Assembly (NCBI GenBank): GCA_951406725.2 | Contig: OX597839.1 | Coordinates: forward strand, 9,486,001 to 9,550,000 | DNA from: Octopus vulgaris | Taxonomy: Eukaryota | Length of the DNA: 64,000 nucleotides | Reading direction: 5' to 3' | Shown: positions 39,501 through 53,400 of the stretch, in pieces | How positions within the stretch are numbered: the stretch's first letter is position 1 | Layout: the number at the start of each line of letters is the position of its first letter | Notes under the pieces: generated by a model | The model's input: the letters and a program-made list of their open reading frames with translations, nothing else | The model's database searches: none | Told to the model about the DNA's origin: nothing | Program-made: the position numbers and the translations under genes

Positions 39501-42500
39501 ATTTTAATATTGGTTGATATATTTTCCTACATCTCTGATGAAACTTAGTAGGATTCATTGCTGTCTCCAAGCATTTAAGGTTTTCAGAAAATTCTGATGG
39601 GATATATTGAATAGTTTTCTTATATCCTGCTTCCCTAAGTGCACTGTTAAAGAAGTCTACGTTTTGGTTAGAAATTTCTTTGTCAGCTGATAAATTAGAA
39701 ATTCTGGAAGAAGCACTATTGATAATAGAATTCATAACAGCCCTTGGATGACTGGATTTTCTATCCATGTTGTTGAGGTTTCCGTTTGGCTTATGATATG
39801 TTCTATATGGACCTGTATTTAGCTTAAGCATAACATTGAGGAAATAGATCACCCTATGTTCATCCTCAATGGCTATGGATAAATCTGTTTTTTAAATTTT
39901 TTAAAGATATTTCCAAGTCTTTTACCAATCCTTTCAATTTCTACAGCGTTGGAGTCCCAGAAAATGAATAGTGCATCTTCCCAAGACATACTGCCCACAA
40001 TATCCAGAAAATCATTTTTAATCTACTCAAAATATAAATGCCTATTAAGTCTGTAATCTGTATTGAATCACTTGAACCCATGATCACATAATTTTTTAAC
40101 CTATCTTTCCTATTCCAGAACTTCCTAATGAAGTTAATAAGTTTTCTCCTAGAAGTAAGAATTATATATTTCTCCTAGATAATTTTGAGTTCTTAAAAGC
40201 AAAGATTCGAGATTTATCTAAAAGTATAGTGGTGACACTAGAATAGTAGCTGTTAATATTTACTTGAATAAATTTGCAATTCTTCTTATGGTGTAATTTT
40301 TTCAAAAATCAATCTATAACATTAGTTGTATTTGACCATAAGTCTCATTTCGCCTTAGTTATAAGTTCAGAAATAACTCTGTCTAAAATCTACTTGCTTA
40401 CACTACCTCTATTCAGTCGAAAGGAACAAATCAATCCTAACAAAATTTGGTTTGTGATCTTTCAAATTAATTTTAAGAAATTTAGGTGTAGTAGGCTCTG
40501 TACGATTCTCCATCCCAAGTTTACACACTATACTCTGGCATTCCTTATGAATATTCCTTTGAAGAGGTCCTTAAGTATCATGCCTTTATAATCCTCAATT
40601 TTTAGGTCGTAAAGATTCCCTGCCTTATTCAAATTTATAAGTATTCCAAAAGAGTTCTTCAATTTTAATTTTTCAATTCTTTCATCTTTTTGAGTTTGTT
40701 TGTGTGTGTGTGTGTGTGTACATATATATATCTATGTATAAATCGAAATTGAACCAATCATATGACTGGCACCCGGCAGTTGCCAGTGCTGCTGGACTGA
40801 CTCCTGTGCAGGTGGCAAGTAAAGAAACACCGTTTCGACCCTGTGCTTGAGGAGACCTATTGAGTCAAGTACATCAACATCAAAAATCAATGGAAATTGT
40901 AGTTGTGATCCCTGTGCCGGTGGCACGTAAAAAGCACCATCCGAACGTGGCCAATTCCAGCGCCACCTTGATTGGCTTCCGTGCCGGTGGCACATAAAAA
41001 GTACCAATCCGATCGTGGCCGTTGCCAGCCTCGCCTGGCACGTAAAAAGCACCCACTACACTCACAGAGTGGTTGGCGTTAGGAAGGGCATCCAGCTGTA
41101 GAAACACTGCCAGATCAGACTGGGGCCTGGTGCAGCCTTCTGGCTTCCCAGATCCCGGTCGAACCGTCCAACCCATGCTAGCATGGAAAACAGGCGTTAA
41201 ACGATGATGATGATGATGATACAGATATAAAAAGAAAGAGTGAAAGTGAGAGCAATAAAGAATGAGAAAGTTCAACATATTAGTAATTAATGTACAGCAT
41301 TCTTTATTTTTAGATGTTTTATTTATTCTTACTATCAAAACCGTTCCTGTCTGGGTTTATGCTATTTGTCCTATGTTACTTAGCAGCTCGCAATTATGAC
41401 ATAAGTGTAGCTGAGCAAGAATATATTTTGAACTATAAGAAGTATTTAACTGATTTTATTTTTACTTTGAGTAATTGACTTAAATCATATCTGACATTTA
41501 ATCTGCTAGGAGGTTCGTTGATGAAGGATTATATCCATTTGGTATATTTGCATGCTGTTAACACCCCCATGAAGTGAAATAAATTTATCCTCCATCACAG
41601 GTTTATTTCTTAAGTTGATTGTGTTTCAAGTCAGGATGTCTGAGGAAGTGAATGATCTGTAATATTATTACATATATTGCATAACTTTATATATAGTATA
41701 GGCGTAGGAGTGGCTGTATGGTAAATAGCTTGCTTACCAACCACATGGTTCCGGGTTCAGTCCCACTGCGTGGCACCTTGGGCAAGTGTCTTCTACTATA
41801 GCCTCGGGCCGACCAAAGCCTTCTGAGTGGATTTGGTAGACGGAAACTGAAAGAAGCCCGTCATATATATGTATATATATATATATGTATGTGTTTGTGT
41901 GTCTTTGTTTGTCCCCCTAGCATTGCTTGACAACCGATGCTAGTGTGTTTACGTCGCCGTCACTTAGCGGTTCGGCAAAAGAGAGCGATAGAATAAGTAC
42001 TAGGCTTACAAAGAATAAGTCCCGGGGTCGATTTGCTCGACTAAAGGCGGTGCTCCAGCATGGCCACAGTCAAATGACTGAAACAAGTAAAAGAGTAAAA
42101 GAGTAAAGAGTATGGAATAAATGTTTGGTTACAGAAATATTTATAATGTCGGTTTGACTTGATGTCCGAGACTTTGTGCAACCTGCATGCTCTTTTCTAT
42201 AATGCTTTGCCTGCACTCAATGAACAAAATTCCCATGATGCCTCGCGGTATACCAGTTTTTCTCTCCAGCAAACAACGTGACTCCTTCCTCTCTTTCGTC
42301 CACTCTGTCCACCCTGCTCTTGAATGCTTTTACTCTGTCTCCAGCATTGCTATTAACTTGATATTTCCATGGCCATCAACCATTCCTCTATCACTTCCAT
42401 CCACTCCAAGCTTACAGACTCCTACCTCAACTTCTCCTCCTCCTCCTCCTACCCTTCCTACACCAAAGTGTTCATCCCTTACTTGCAATTTCTCTTCTCT

Positions 42501-45500
42501 TGGCTCTGTAACGAGAACCATGACTTTAAAACATAGTCCCAACTCATGGATCGCCACTTCATCCAGTGGCGATTCCCTCCCCCACTGTTATTCAAACCAT
42601 CCTCACCTGTACCCAGTCTGTTGACCACTCATCCACCCTCTCTTTCCATACCCGCCTTACCCTTACCCACTTCCCTTTTCTCCTTACCTACCACCCTACC
42701 ACCATACCCCCCCAATGCTGTATATTACGCACTTTCCACCCATTCCTGTCCTTCTAATGGAACTCACCCTTTAGCAAATATTTAAAGTCTCCAGTTTGAG
42801 AATTAACATTCTCTCATCAGTCTTGGTGGCCGTACAAAGGATCACAGATACTGTCTTTGCTCCTCTAACTAAAAGATTCAATTTACTATAGACTCTGTAC
42901 TAATTATGTATAATTTTTTTTAGTTATGTGAATGTTGTGGTTGTGTTGTATTAAGATAGAATCTGTACTTTTAATTGTTGTCTTTTCTTATTCTTGTAGA
43001 TGTCTTTATCTGTGTGTAGATATTTATTATACTATCTGCTTCCGTGTCTCCCCTATCCCTGTTTCTCTCAAACAGAGACCAGTATGATCTTAATACAGTG
43101 ATACTTTTACTGGTCACTCAGATTTCCAGTACCTTATTTGTTTTTGTTATTTTTTTCCTTTATGAAATGAAGAAAATGGACTTTATTGATCTAATTTGAG
43201 GATGGAACTCCCACTGCCAGAGTTTGTATTTTCTGGCCTTGTTAAAATGCCTCCATGTCTGCTTGTGCAATTTGGATGCTAGACTTACACAATCACCTCG
43301 TTTAACATACCACTTGTCCCTTTACATGCTACTAGCAGGATACATTCTGTTGCAGACATTTGCGGCCAGGTTACCAGTTTTTTCCTTTCCCTTTCAGCAA
43401 GTCTTTACTTGCTGGGAGAAAACCCCCTGAAAAGAGGAGAGGAGTAAGGGGTAAAAAAAGCAGTCACAAAGGCAGCCCTTTTTCTTGTGACTAAAAACTA
43501 CACACACACACATACACACAGGGTGTTTAAGCTAAATTTGATTGTTTTTTTTCTATGTCTCCTTTTTTCAGAAACAGCTTGATGTATTGGTGAACTCTGT
43601 GCGGTGTTGGAGAGCATAAAGATAAAAATTGTAGTTGAGTTAGCTGACATAGAGGATTGGAGGCCATCTGAATATTTGAAAATAGTTACCTGTATCTTGA
43701 TGATTTGCACTGGGAATCAAAATGCTGGCATCATGACTACTGGTCAATGCTCTGAGAACATCGAAAAGGCTGTAAGATGTAACATGAACAGCTGCAATGG
43801 AGATTATGAAGTTAAGGCCAGCAGGCATTCTGACTATATCTGCACATTGGAATTCATCCCACATCTTTGAAGAGGGCCTTAGGCTCAGTTCAGAAGGCTG
43901 TGTGAAGCTGCTGTAGACTGGTCAAATTCTAACCGGAAGGGGTTGCTGCTGGATGGCCATATGTGTGGCAACAGGATTTGGCTCCTTGCCATACTTTTGG
44001 AAAGAGGCAGAAGTGGTTGTCAGCGAATTTCAACATCATCATCATTAGCTCCAATTTCTGGCTTCCAACTCCCCCAGATTGTAATCCCGTGGATTACTAT
44101 ATGTGGAGCACAGCTGAAGAGGACACCAACTACTGTCTGCAACACCAAGGCCAAGCTAGTGGTCAAAATTAAGGAGGCGTTCAAAGATCTTTCCAGGGGA
44201 CACAGTGAAGAATGCATGCACCAGGTTCCAGAGCTGTCTTGAGGTCACGGTGGAAGCTGAGGGTGGCTACTTTAAGAAAATTGTTATCTCCCAACCATAA
44301 TCTAGTTGATATTTTTTGAGTTTTTAAAATACTCGATGAGATATTCAGTTTTATTTTCTTTGTATGCAGACTGTCAAATTTAGCTCAAACACCCTGTTTA
44401 TATGAGGCGGGATGTCAAGTCCTTCAAGTTGCTGCCCCCCCCCCCCTCTCTTTTTTTTTATTGCTTTATATTTCCAAAGTAATGGGTAAAGATAATATAA
44501 TTTGATGTTTTATCTTGGAAATCAGTATTTTTCCCCCAGTGGCCTTGCAGTAACAGCTTCATCTTTAACAGGTCAACTGGCGCGAGCAACCTTCTTTCTT
44601 TGTCCTCCAGAATCGTCCACCTCAATTGAAACAGTGCAATGAATGCAGCAGAACAATTTTTTTGTCTTCGCTTGATGTCAGTGAGACTCTCCTCCAGTGC
44701 CAAGGTATGGACATGATGGACTCTTCATTACTACACAAAAAAAAAAAAAAAAAAAAAGAAATTGCAACAACCATTTCCAGAACCGTCTCATCCCACTGGC
44801 TACCTAACTAACTCCCTAACTCCAATGTGTTAGTAAACTGAACCTGCTGCTCTGAAATGTCCATCCTTGATGATGATGCTGCTGCCATCTTCAGGATCAA
44901 TACCCTTTTAACCACAACCCTTCAATCCTGTCTGTCTTCTGTTGATTTCTGATGCTGCCTTACGCTGATCTATACTGCATCTGCTTCCGACATCCTCAGT
45001 GTACTTTTACAGCTTTGTTAGCTTCCTACCTTGATTGAAATCTTTTTATCTTGCTCTGTCTCTCATCAGTTCCTCATTGACCTTAGCTTGCTCACCCCTA
45101 CACATAAACCACAGTCTCTTTCTCATTTGTCCATTCATCCTTCAGTTTGGATGTGGCTAGTGGCATTGCATCTCACTCTCTTCCTCTGTCTTTTCGCTTT
45201 CTTTCCTCTTTGTTCTCCTCACTTCTTACAACCCTAAACTGATCTTCAGATTTAACATGCACATATTTTCTTTTTTTTTGGTTAGGAATTGTCGTCTTGC
45301 CTACAACTTCTCAGCATGTTGCTGTTATTGATTATCTTCTTTCCTGCTCAAAAAGAAACGAAAAGCGTACATTATTTTCTTTTGCAAAAACTACTACATG
45401 CATGTGTGTTTGTTTGGGTTTTTAAATAAGAGAAAAAGAAATATATTCTCTGTGCATTCATATAGATACAGGGAGACTTAGAGATGCAGTGAACACTCAC

Positions 45501-48500
45501 CTTTGCATGAATGTAGATCTGTGTGTGTGTGTTCATATACATCTAGCAGTTTGGATAGTGTTAATGTACATAGAGCTCTCTAGTCTCAACAGTCATACAT
45601 CTAACTATACACACAATATACTGTAATATATAACGAGCAAAAAGACTGCTCTCTCTGCTCTCTGGGTGTTTTCTGCTGCTTGCTAAATGAATTCTAGTTG
45701 TTGTTAATTTTTCTAGTATGCTACATCCAATTTTCTTTTGAAGCCCTTATTTTTGAATAGTACTCATTCACTCAATAAATTTAGGTTATGACTACAAAAA
45801 TGTGTCCTGCTGAATTTGTTTCCCTGCAACTTTTTTTGAAAAATGGATATTTATTAATGAAGGTTTCTGGAAATAACTTTCAGAACTTTCAAATGGCGGT
45901 GCCCCAGCATGGCCACAGCTCATTAGCTGAAACTGGAAAAATCAAAATCAAATCAAAATCATAGTGTAGAAAATTATCATATCAGTATTTTTAGTGAAAA
46001 ACTTCTTGTCCCCACCAACATCGCTTGGCAACTGATGCTGGTGTGTTTATGTCCCCGTAACTTAGCAGTTCGGCAAAAGAGACCGATAGAATGTGTAAAA
46101 GAATTTCTAAGTGAAATTCTACTTGTACACACACATATATATATATACATATTCATATGGAATAAAGATATCTTGTAGAACAGATAAGGGCTGGTGACAG
46201 GAAAGTCCTTCAGTCTTAAAATACTGCTTCAGTAGCTCTCTGTTCTCCCCATGCCAGCGTAGAAAAATAAGCATAAAAAGAATCAATGAAAGAATAAAGG
46301 CATCACTGTCTTTCACTGTACATTTATGATTATGTCACAGTTACTGTTCTTCATTCTGATTCAGTAATTTTCTTGATTTTAAAAATATATTTTGTCAGAT
46401 TTGATGTTTTTCTTCTTTTTCTCATCTGAATTTAATTTCTTTCTTGTATCTCTGAATACAGCTGGTCTTTGACCATCCTTTCAATACTCTGCTTTTCAGT
46501 ATCAAATGTGTGGAGGCACATGGCCTAGTGGTTAGAGCAGCAGATTCACGGTCGAGGGATCGCGGGTTCGAATCTCAGACCGGGCGATGTGTGTGTGTTT
46601 ATGAGTGAAGCACCTAAGCTCCACGTGGCTCCGGCAGAAGGTAATGGCGAACTTCTGCTGACTCTTTCGCCACAACTTTCTCTCACTCTTTCCTCCTGCA
46701 TCTTGCTGCTCACCTGCGACGGACCGGCGTCCCGTCCAGGTGGGGAACCTATACGCCAAGGAAACCAGGAAACCGGCCCTTATGAGCCAGACATGGCTTG
46801 AGAAGGAACAAACAAACAAACAAGTATCAAATGTTACCATGTATTATTTGGTGGTTAATTGATTTTCTTAATTAATTTTATACTTTAATTCAGTTTAATA
46901 TTTAATTTGACAATTTTTTAAAGTTTCTCTTTCTCTCTCTCCCCATCTCTTCTTTGTATTACTATATTTTCTCAACTTGGAATTGATCTGCATGATACTT
47001 ATTAGTTTTATTCAACCTGGTCATTAAATGAAATACAAATGATACCCTAGGCGTAGGAGTGGCTGTGTGGTCAGTAGCTTGCTTACCAACCACATGCTCC
47101 CGGGTTCAGTCCCACTGCGTGGCACCTTGGGCAGGTGTCTTCTACTATAGCCTCGGGTCGACCAAAGCCTTGTGAGTGGATTTGGTAAACGGAAACTGAA
47201 AGAAGCCCGTCGTATATATGTATATGTATGTGTGTGTATATGTTTGTGTGTCTGCGTTTGTCCTCCCAACATCGCTTGACAACCGATGCTGGTGTGTTTA
47301 CGACCCCATAACTTAGCGGTTCAGCAAAAAGACCGATAGAATAAGTACTAGGCTTCCAAAGAATACGTCCTGGGGTCGATTTGGTCAAATGACTGAAACA
47401 AGCAAAAGAGTACTGGACTGTGTTGGATTTAATGGCCACAGTTTGCATAAGGATTTTTTTCTTATTCACATTTGAAGTAAATTTAATTTGAAAACAAAAA
47501 CAATGAATAAATTAAAATTTAGAAAGGACCTGGATATATTAAATTCAATTTAAAAAGAATATAAAAAGGTAAATTTTTTCTTGCTTCTCTGTTTTTCTCT
47601 GGTTTCAGAATCCAACTATGTAATTTCTTCAACCTGCTTGCGGATGCTACTGTTTATTATATCCAGTTTCATTTCATGCCTTTTTGTTTGTTTTTTTTCT
47701 TCTTTTTTAATATTTTTCTACTTTAACCCTTTAGCATTCAGATTATTCTGTCAAATGTATTATTTTTATATTTACATTGTTTTGAATTAATCATGCACTA
47801 TCTTGTAGTTTTCAGATTTCAACGACATGACTATATTTAGAATGACAAATGTTGGGTAGGTGTGAAAGGCCAGATCTGGCCAGTTTGACCATAAAGCAGG
47901 ATGAATATTTGGGCCAGAAATGGCTAGTTTAAATGCTTCAGTGTTAATATTGACTTTAACTTGAGTTTTTAACATTTAATATAATTTTTTCTTCTTTATT
48001 CATGTCTAAATTAATGTTAGTTCTGTTTAATTTTTCTTTTACATTTGTGTCTCACTTATTCACTCACTCATTCTTTTATTTCATTTTTCTTTCACATCTC
48101 CAGAGTCCAACTATGTGATAGTATGCATTTGGGTTTTATCCGACAATGATGACCGGCAGAAGTATTCCGTCAAAGTTCTACACACGGCTACTCCACAGCT
48201 CGTGATTGCAGAAGCAATTCGCAGGCGAACACGCAGCATGCAGCTAACAGCTGACCAGCAGCAGTCCTGCATCCAGCAGTATACCAATGCTTATGTGCTG
48301 AAAGTGTGTGGCTGTAACCAATACTTGCTGGAAGAGTATTCCCTCAGCCAATATAGGGTAAGTTCAAAGATATTATTTATTTTTCTGCTCTTCTCCTCTG
48401 GAAGCCAACTGCTCGCGATACCAGAGGGCGAACACTCTCCTACCCTGATGTAATCTCTAGGGATACAGGCATCCAGCAACAGGACCTCAGTAATGCTATG

Positions 48501-49373
48501 ATAGACTGTGAAGTCTGGCGTAACATGGTATATTCCATTGTCTCGACCATGGTCAAACAATGATGATGATGATGATTTTTGTAAGTGATGTATTCACTGA
48601 TGTTAGTGTTAGCAGTGACCAGAGATGTTTATGTTGTTGTTTAGCCTCAAGTCAGTCCCGATCCAATTGACCTATGATCAGTGACACTCCAGTTATGGCT
48701 CATCTGTATTTTATTAAGATATTAGTGTATCTATGGACAGAGATATGGCTTAGTAGGTAAGCTATTTGCTTCACAACCATGAGGTCTGGGTTCACTTGCA
48801 CTGCATGATACCATTGCGTTGAGTCAATCCAAGCCACAGTGAATGGCCAGCAACACTCACTGCAGTAGCCACTCCACCTCGTGGGGCTCATTTCTCTGAT
48901 GGGCCACTGCTATCCCTAATTTTGCACAGATTGTCAGTAGTACAGGTTTTGTGAGCACCTGACACCTAGACAGTAACTGGCACAAACTGATATTGGCTGG
49001 TCAGGCTCCTGTACTTATTGAGTTTTCTCTCTTCTGTGCTATGGGTAGCGACACTGGGGTAAGATGGTGGGGGTAACAAAAGTGGTAGGGCACCAAAGTA
49101 AATTTCCTTTTAGTGTTCACCCTGTCGTGATCCGGGAAAATGGAAACTGTTTAGAATCTTGTCAGTTGGACTCTACTTGTTATTTTGTTATTCAAAATTC
49201 AAACCTTGTCACATTTATATCCTGCTGATTCAACTTGAGAATTACATTAAGGGTATATCTGTCTGTGGTGAGCTGGCAGAAACGTTAGCATGCTGGGCGA
49301 AATGCGTAGCCATAATTTATCTGCCGTTACGTTCTGAGTTCAAATTCTGCCGATGTTGGGGGGACAAACACAG

Positions 49374-49404
<31 letters not shown>

Positions 49405-50405
49405 TATATATTTACACATATATACGATGGGCTTCTTTCAGTTTCCATCTACCAAATCCACTTACAAGGCTTTGGTCGGCCCGAGGCTATAGTAGAAGAC
49501 ACTTGCCCAAGGTGCCACACAGTGGAAGTGAACCCAGAACCATGTGGTTGGTAAGCAAAATACTTACCACACAGCCACTCCTACGCCTTTATCTAACTAT
49601 ATTGATGATAGTGATGATGATGATACCTCATTATTTGCTGTTCTATTGCAGTATATTCGTGAATGTATAGCCCGAGATAAAATACCCCAACTAATGTTGC
49701 AGACGAAAGATTCTGTTTATTTGGCAATACCTGAAAATATTTTTTGGATCCCAACATATGTACAGAAAGGTGAGCGAACTTCTTGAATTTCATTTTGTCT
49801 TGCATATTTATTTTTTTCTCTTCTGCGTCTTTTGCTTTCTTTGTCTTTCCCATCCTTCTTTCTGCCCTTTTTTTAAAACTATCTGGCTTCCGTGCTGGTG
49901 GCACGTAAAGATCACCATTTGAGCATGATCGTTACCAGCGTCGCCACACTGGAACTTGTGCCAGTGACACGTGAACAAAACATTTGAGCAAGGTCGTTGC
50001 CAGTGCCGCTGGACTGTTTCCTGTGCAGGTGGCACGTAAAAAACACCATTTCAAGCATGGCCGTTGCCAGTACCGCCAGACTGGCCCTCGTGCCGGTGAC
50101 ATGTAAAAGCACCCACTACACTCTCGGAGTGGTTGGCATTAGGAAGGGCATCCAGCTGTAGAAACTCTGCCAGATTAGATTGGAGCCTGGTGCAGCCATC
50201 TGGTTCGCCGGTCCTCAGTCAAATCATCCAACCCATGCTAGCATGGATAACGGACGTTGAATGATGATGATGATGATTGTCTATTATTTTGATATTCTCA
50301 GCTGGTTGAGATAACACTTCCAATCAGTTAAGATCAGAAGCCATGAGAGCCACTGTCTGGTATTGCATCAGGGCATTTATTATTATTATTATTATTTGGT
50401 TTTCC

Positions 50406-50453
<48 letters not shown>

Positions 50454-53400
50454 TTCCGTGCCGGTGGCACGTAAAAAGCACCATCCAATCATGGCCGTTG
50501 CCAGCCTCGTCTGGCACGTAACAAGCACCCACTACACTCACAGAGTGGTTGGCGTTAGGAAGGGCATCCAGCCATAGAAACATTGCCAGATCAGACTGGG
50601 CCTGGTGCTGCCTTCTGGCTTCCCAAACCCCAGTTGAACCGTCCAACCCATGCCAGCATGGAAAGCGGACGCTAAACGATGATGATGATGATGATGATGA
50701 TGATATATATTTTGTTTCTTTTTCCCCCATTTCTTTCAGGTGTGCAAGCATTGAATGATATTACGAAACAAGAAACTATTCCTATCTGGACTATCAAAAC
50801 TAAACTGCGCATCAAGATAAACAGTGCTACTTATGTCAATGTGAAAGGAGAAGGCAAGGTAAAATACAGGCGCCTCTTTTCTTTGAAGTTTTACTTGCAT
50901 TAATAAATATAATGACATGGGTGTAGAGTAAGTTCTGCCTTTCAAGCTTTTGGGGTTGATAAAATAAGTACCATTTGAACATTAGGGATGATGTAATCAA
51001 CTGACTGCCTCCCACGAAATTTCAGGCCTTTGTGCCTATAGTAGAAAGGGTTATTGACAATAGATTGGAAGAATGATTAGAGCATTGAACTTTATTCCTT
51101 GTTGTATTCAGTTAAATTCTTTTATGTTTTTAGTCCATATCCTGTTATGGCCAATTATGCCTTTTATCTTTTTTTTGGTGGGGTGGGGGTCAATAAAAAA
51201 CGTATCAGTCAAATACTGGGAATCAGTAACGTTGACTGAATTCCCTTTTCCCAGATTTCTACTCTCTTGGAACGCAAAGTAAAAATAATGCTTATTATTA
51301 TTGAATGTGTGTAAATGTTTCTTACCAAGCAAGTTTTTTACTACAGCCATGCCTCTGCTTAATATACAGGGTGCGGTGAATAAACCATCATCTAAATTAT
51401 GCAAAAATGAGAATAACTCTGACATCCCATTTTAACAGATATATTAACTCCATATTGAGTCTGAGACCATGTGGGAAGGTGAATGGAGGTATAACATTGC
51501 CATCACTAGTGATCACTTCAAACATGATGATGTTGACTGGATGTTTCATTTTGATCACTCTGTACATTTCCTCAGATTGACATCCAAACACTCTGAAATG
51601 TTTGTATTGGAGCTTCTGGTGCAAAACCAAGCAGTACAGCATGTCATTTCCAAATTTCTGGCTGAGTGAATTATGTCATGGTCCTATTTTTCTCACAGAC
51701 GGTGCCAGACTGACCCTACTATACTTTGTAGTTGACAAAATTAAAAACAAGCAGTGCGCACATGCGAAATTAAAAATATAAAATGGTGACAATTTATCCA
51801 TTGCACTTTGTATATATAAAACAGTGTACATAAGCAGGGAAAGAACTTATAGACTTTCTCAAAATAGTAGCCAAACATCCTTTGAACTACACAAAGTATT
51901 CCATATTTAATTCATAGTTTAACCCTTTAGCATTTAAACTGGCCATATCCAGCCATGATATTCTTCAAGTTTTAAGTGCAAACTGGCCAGATCCTGCCTC
52001 TTACTCCTACCTACAATGTCATTCTTAAAATAAGCAATCACATCACTGAAATCTTGAAGTTACAAAATAATTCATGAATAATTGTAAGCAGTGTAAATAA
52101 AAAGCATTACATTTGATACAATAATCTGCGTGCTGAAAGATTAAAGATCTCTTGTGAATCTTGTATTAAGAAATATTTCTTGCATTCTTTCTCTAGATTT
52201 ATGTGAAAACTGGTCTTTTCCATGGAACTGAACTATTGTGTCCAACCAAAGAAACTGAGTGTGTTGACTCTCTAAATCCCCGCTGGAACCAATGGCTTGA
52301 ATATGAAATTCCAGTATCTGAGATACCACGAAGTGCTCGACTCTGCCTTTCAATATGTTCTGTTGCTAAGCGACGGAAAACCAAAGTGAGTTTTTTTTTT
52401 TTTTTTTTTTTTGCACTTACCTGCTTTGAATATTCTGCATCATCATCAGCAGCAGTAGCAGTGGAGGTACAATGGCCCAATGGTTAGGGCAGCAGACTCG
52501 CAGTCGGAGGATCGCAGTTTCGATTCCCAGACCAGGTGTTGTGTGTGTTTATTGACCGAAAACACCTAAAGCGCCACGAGGCTCCGGCAGGGAGTGGTGG
52601 AGACCCCTGTTGTACTCTTTTGCTCCAACTTTCTCTCACTCTTTCTTCCTGTTTCTTGTCCCCGACTTCCTACGCAACCGCTGAGCCTGGATGCACATTC
52701 ATCCATCCGTCGATGCTCTCGGTGTTGGAGGTTGACCTGCTTTCTCTTCTGCGGGTCTTACGAATAGCAAAGGACCATGTTTCGGACTTCTATCTTGCGA
52801 GCTCTGGGACGAAGACCGTTCGCTCAACAGCAGCAGCAGCATTAGCACCAAAACCATCATCAGTACTAGCATCACCCATCATTGTGAACATTCATTTTGC
52901 ATCCATTTTCTATTCCACTGGTTGTTGGATGGATTTGCACGACTGATTCCTCCCATGCATATACATCCCACATCATCATCGTCATCATAATCATCATTTA
53001 ATATCTATTTCCCCTACTAGCATGGATTTGATGGTTTGACAGGATCCAGTGAGTCACAGGTCTGCATTGTGCCCCACGTCAACTTTGGCATGGTTTCTTA
53101 CAGCTGCAAGCCCTTTATAATGCTAACAACTTTTAAAGGCGGTGCTCCAGCATGGCCACAGTCAAATGACTGAAACAAGCAAAAGAATAACTTTACAGTA
53201 TGTGCTGAGTGCTTTTTATATGCCACCAGCACTAGTGGGATTGACAAGTAACTTGCAAGACAGGACAGTACAAGAAAAAGGAATGAAATAAGGGGTTGGG
53301 TAGACTGGGAAAGGTGCATTTGACCAAATAGGGGGAACATTTGAGAGATGAGAGAGAAGATTTTATGCCTGGTACAAACAGGAAGTCATTGTGGGGTTGC

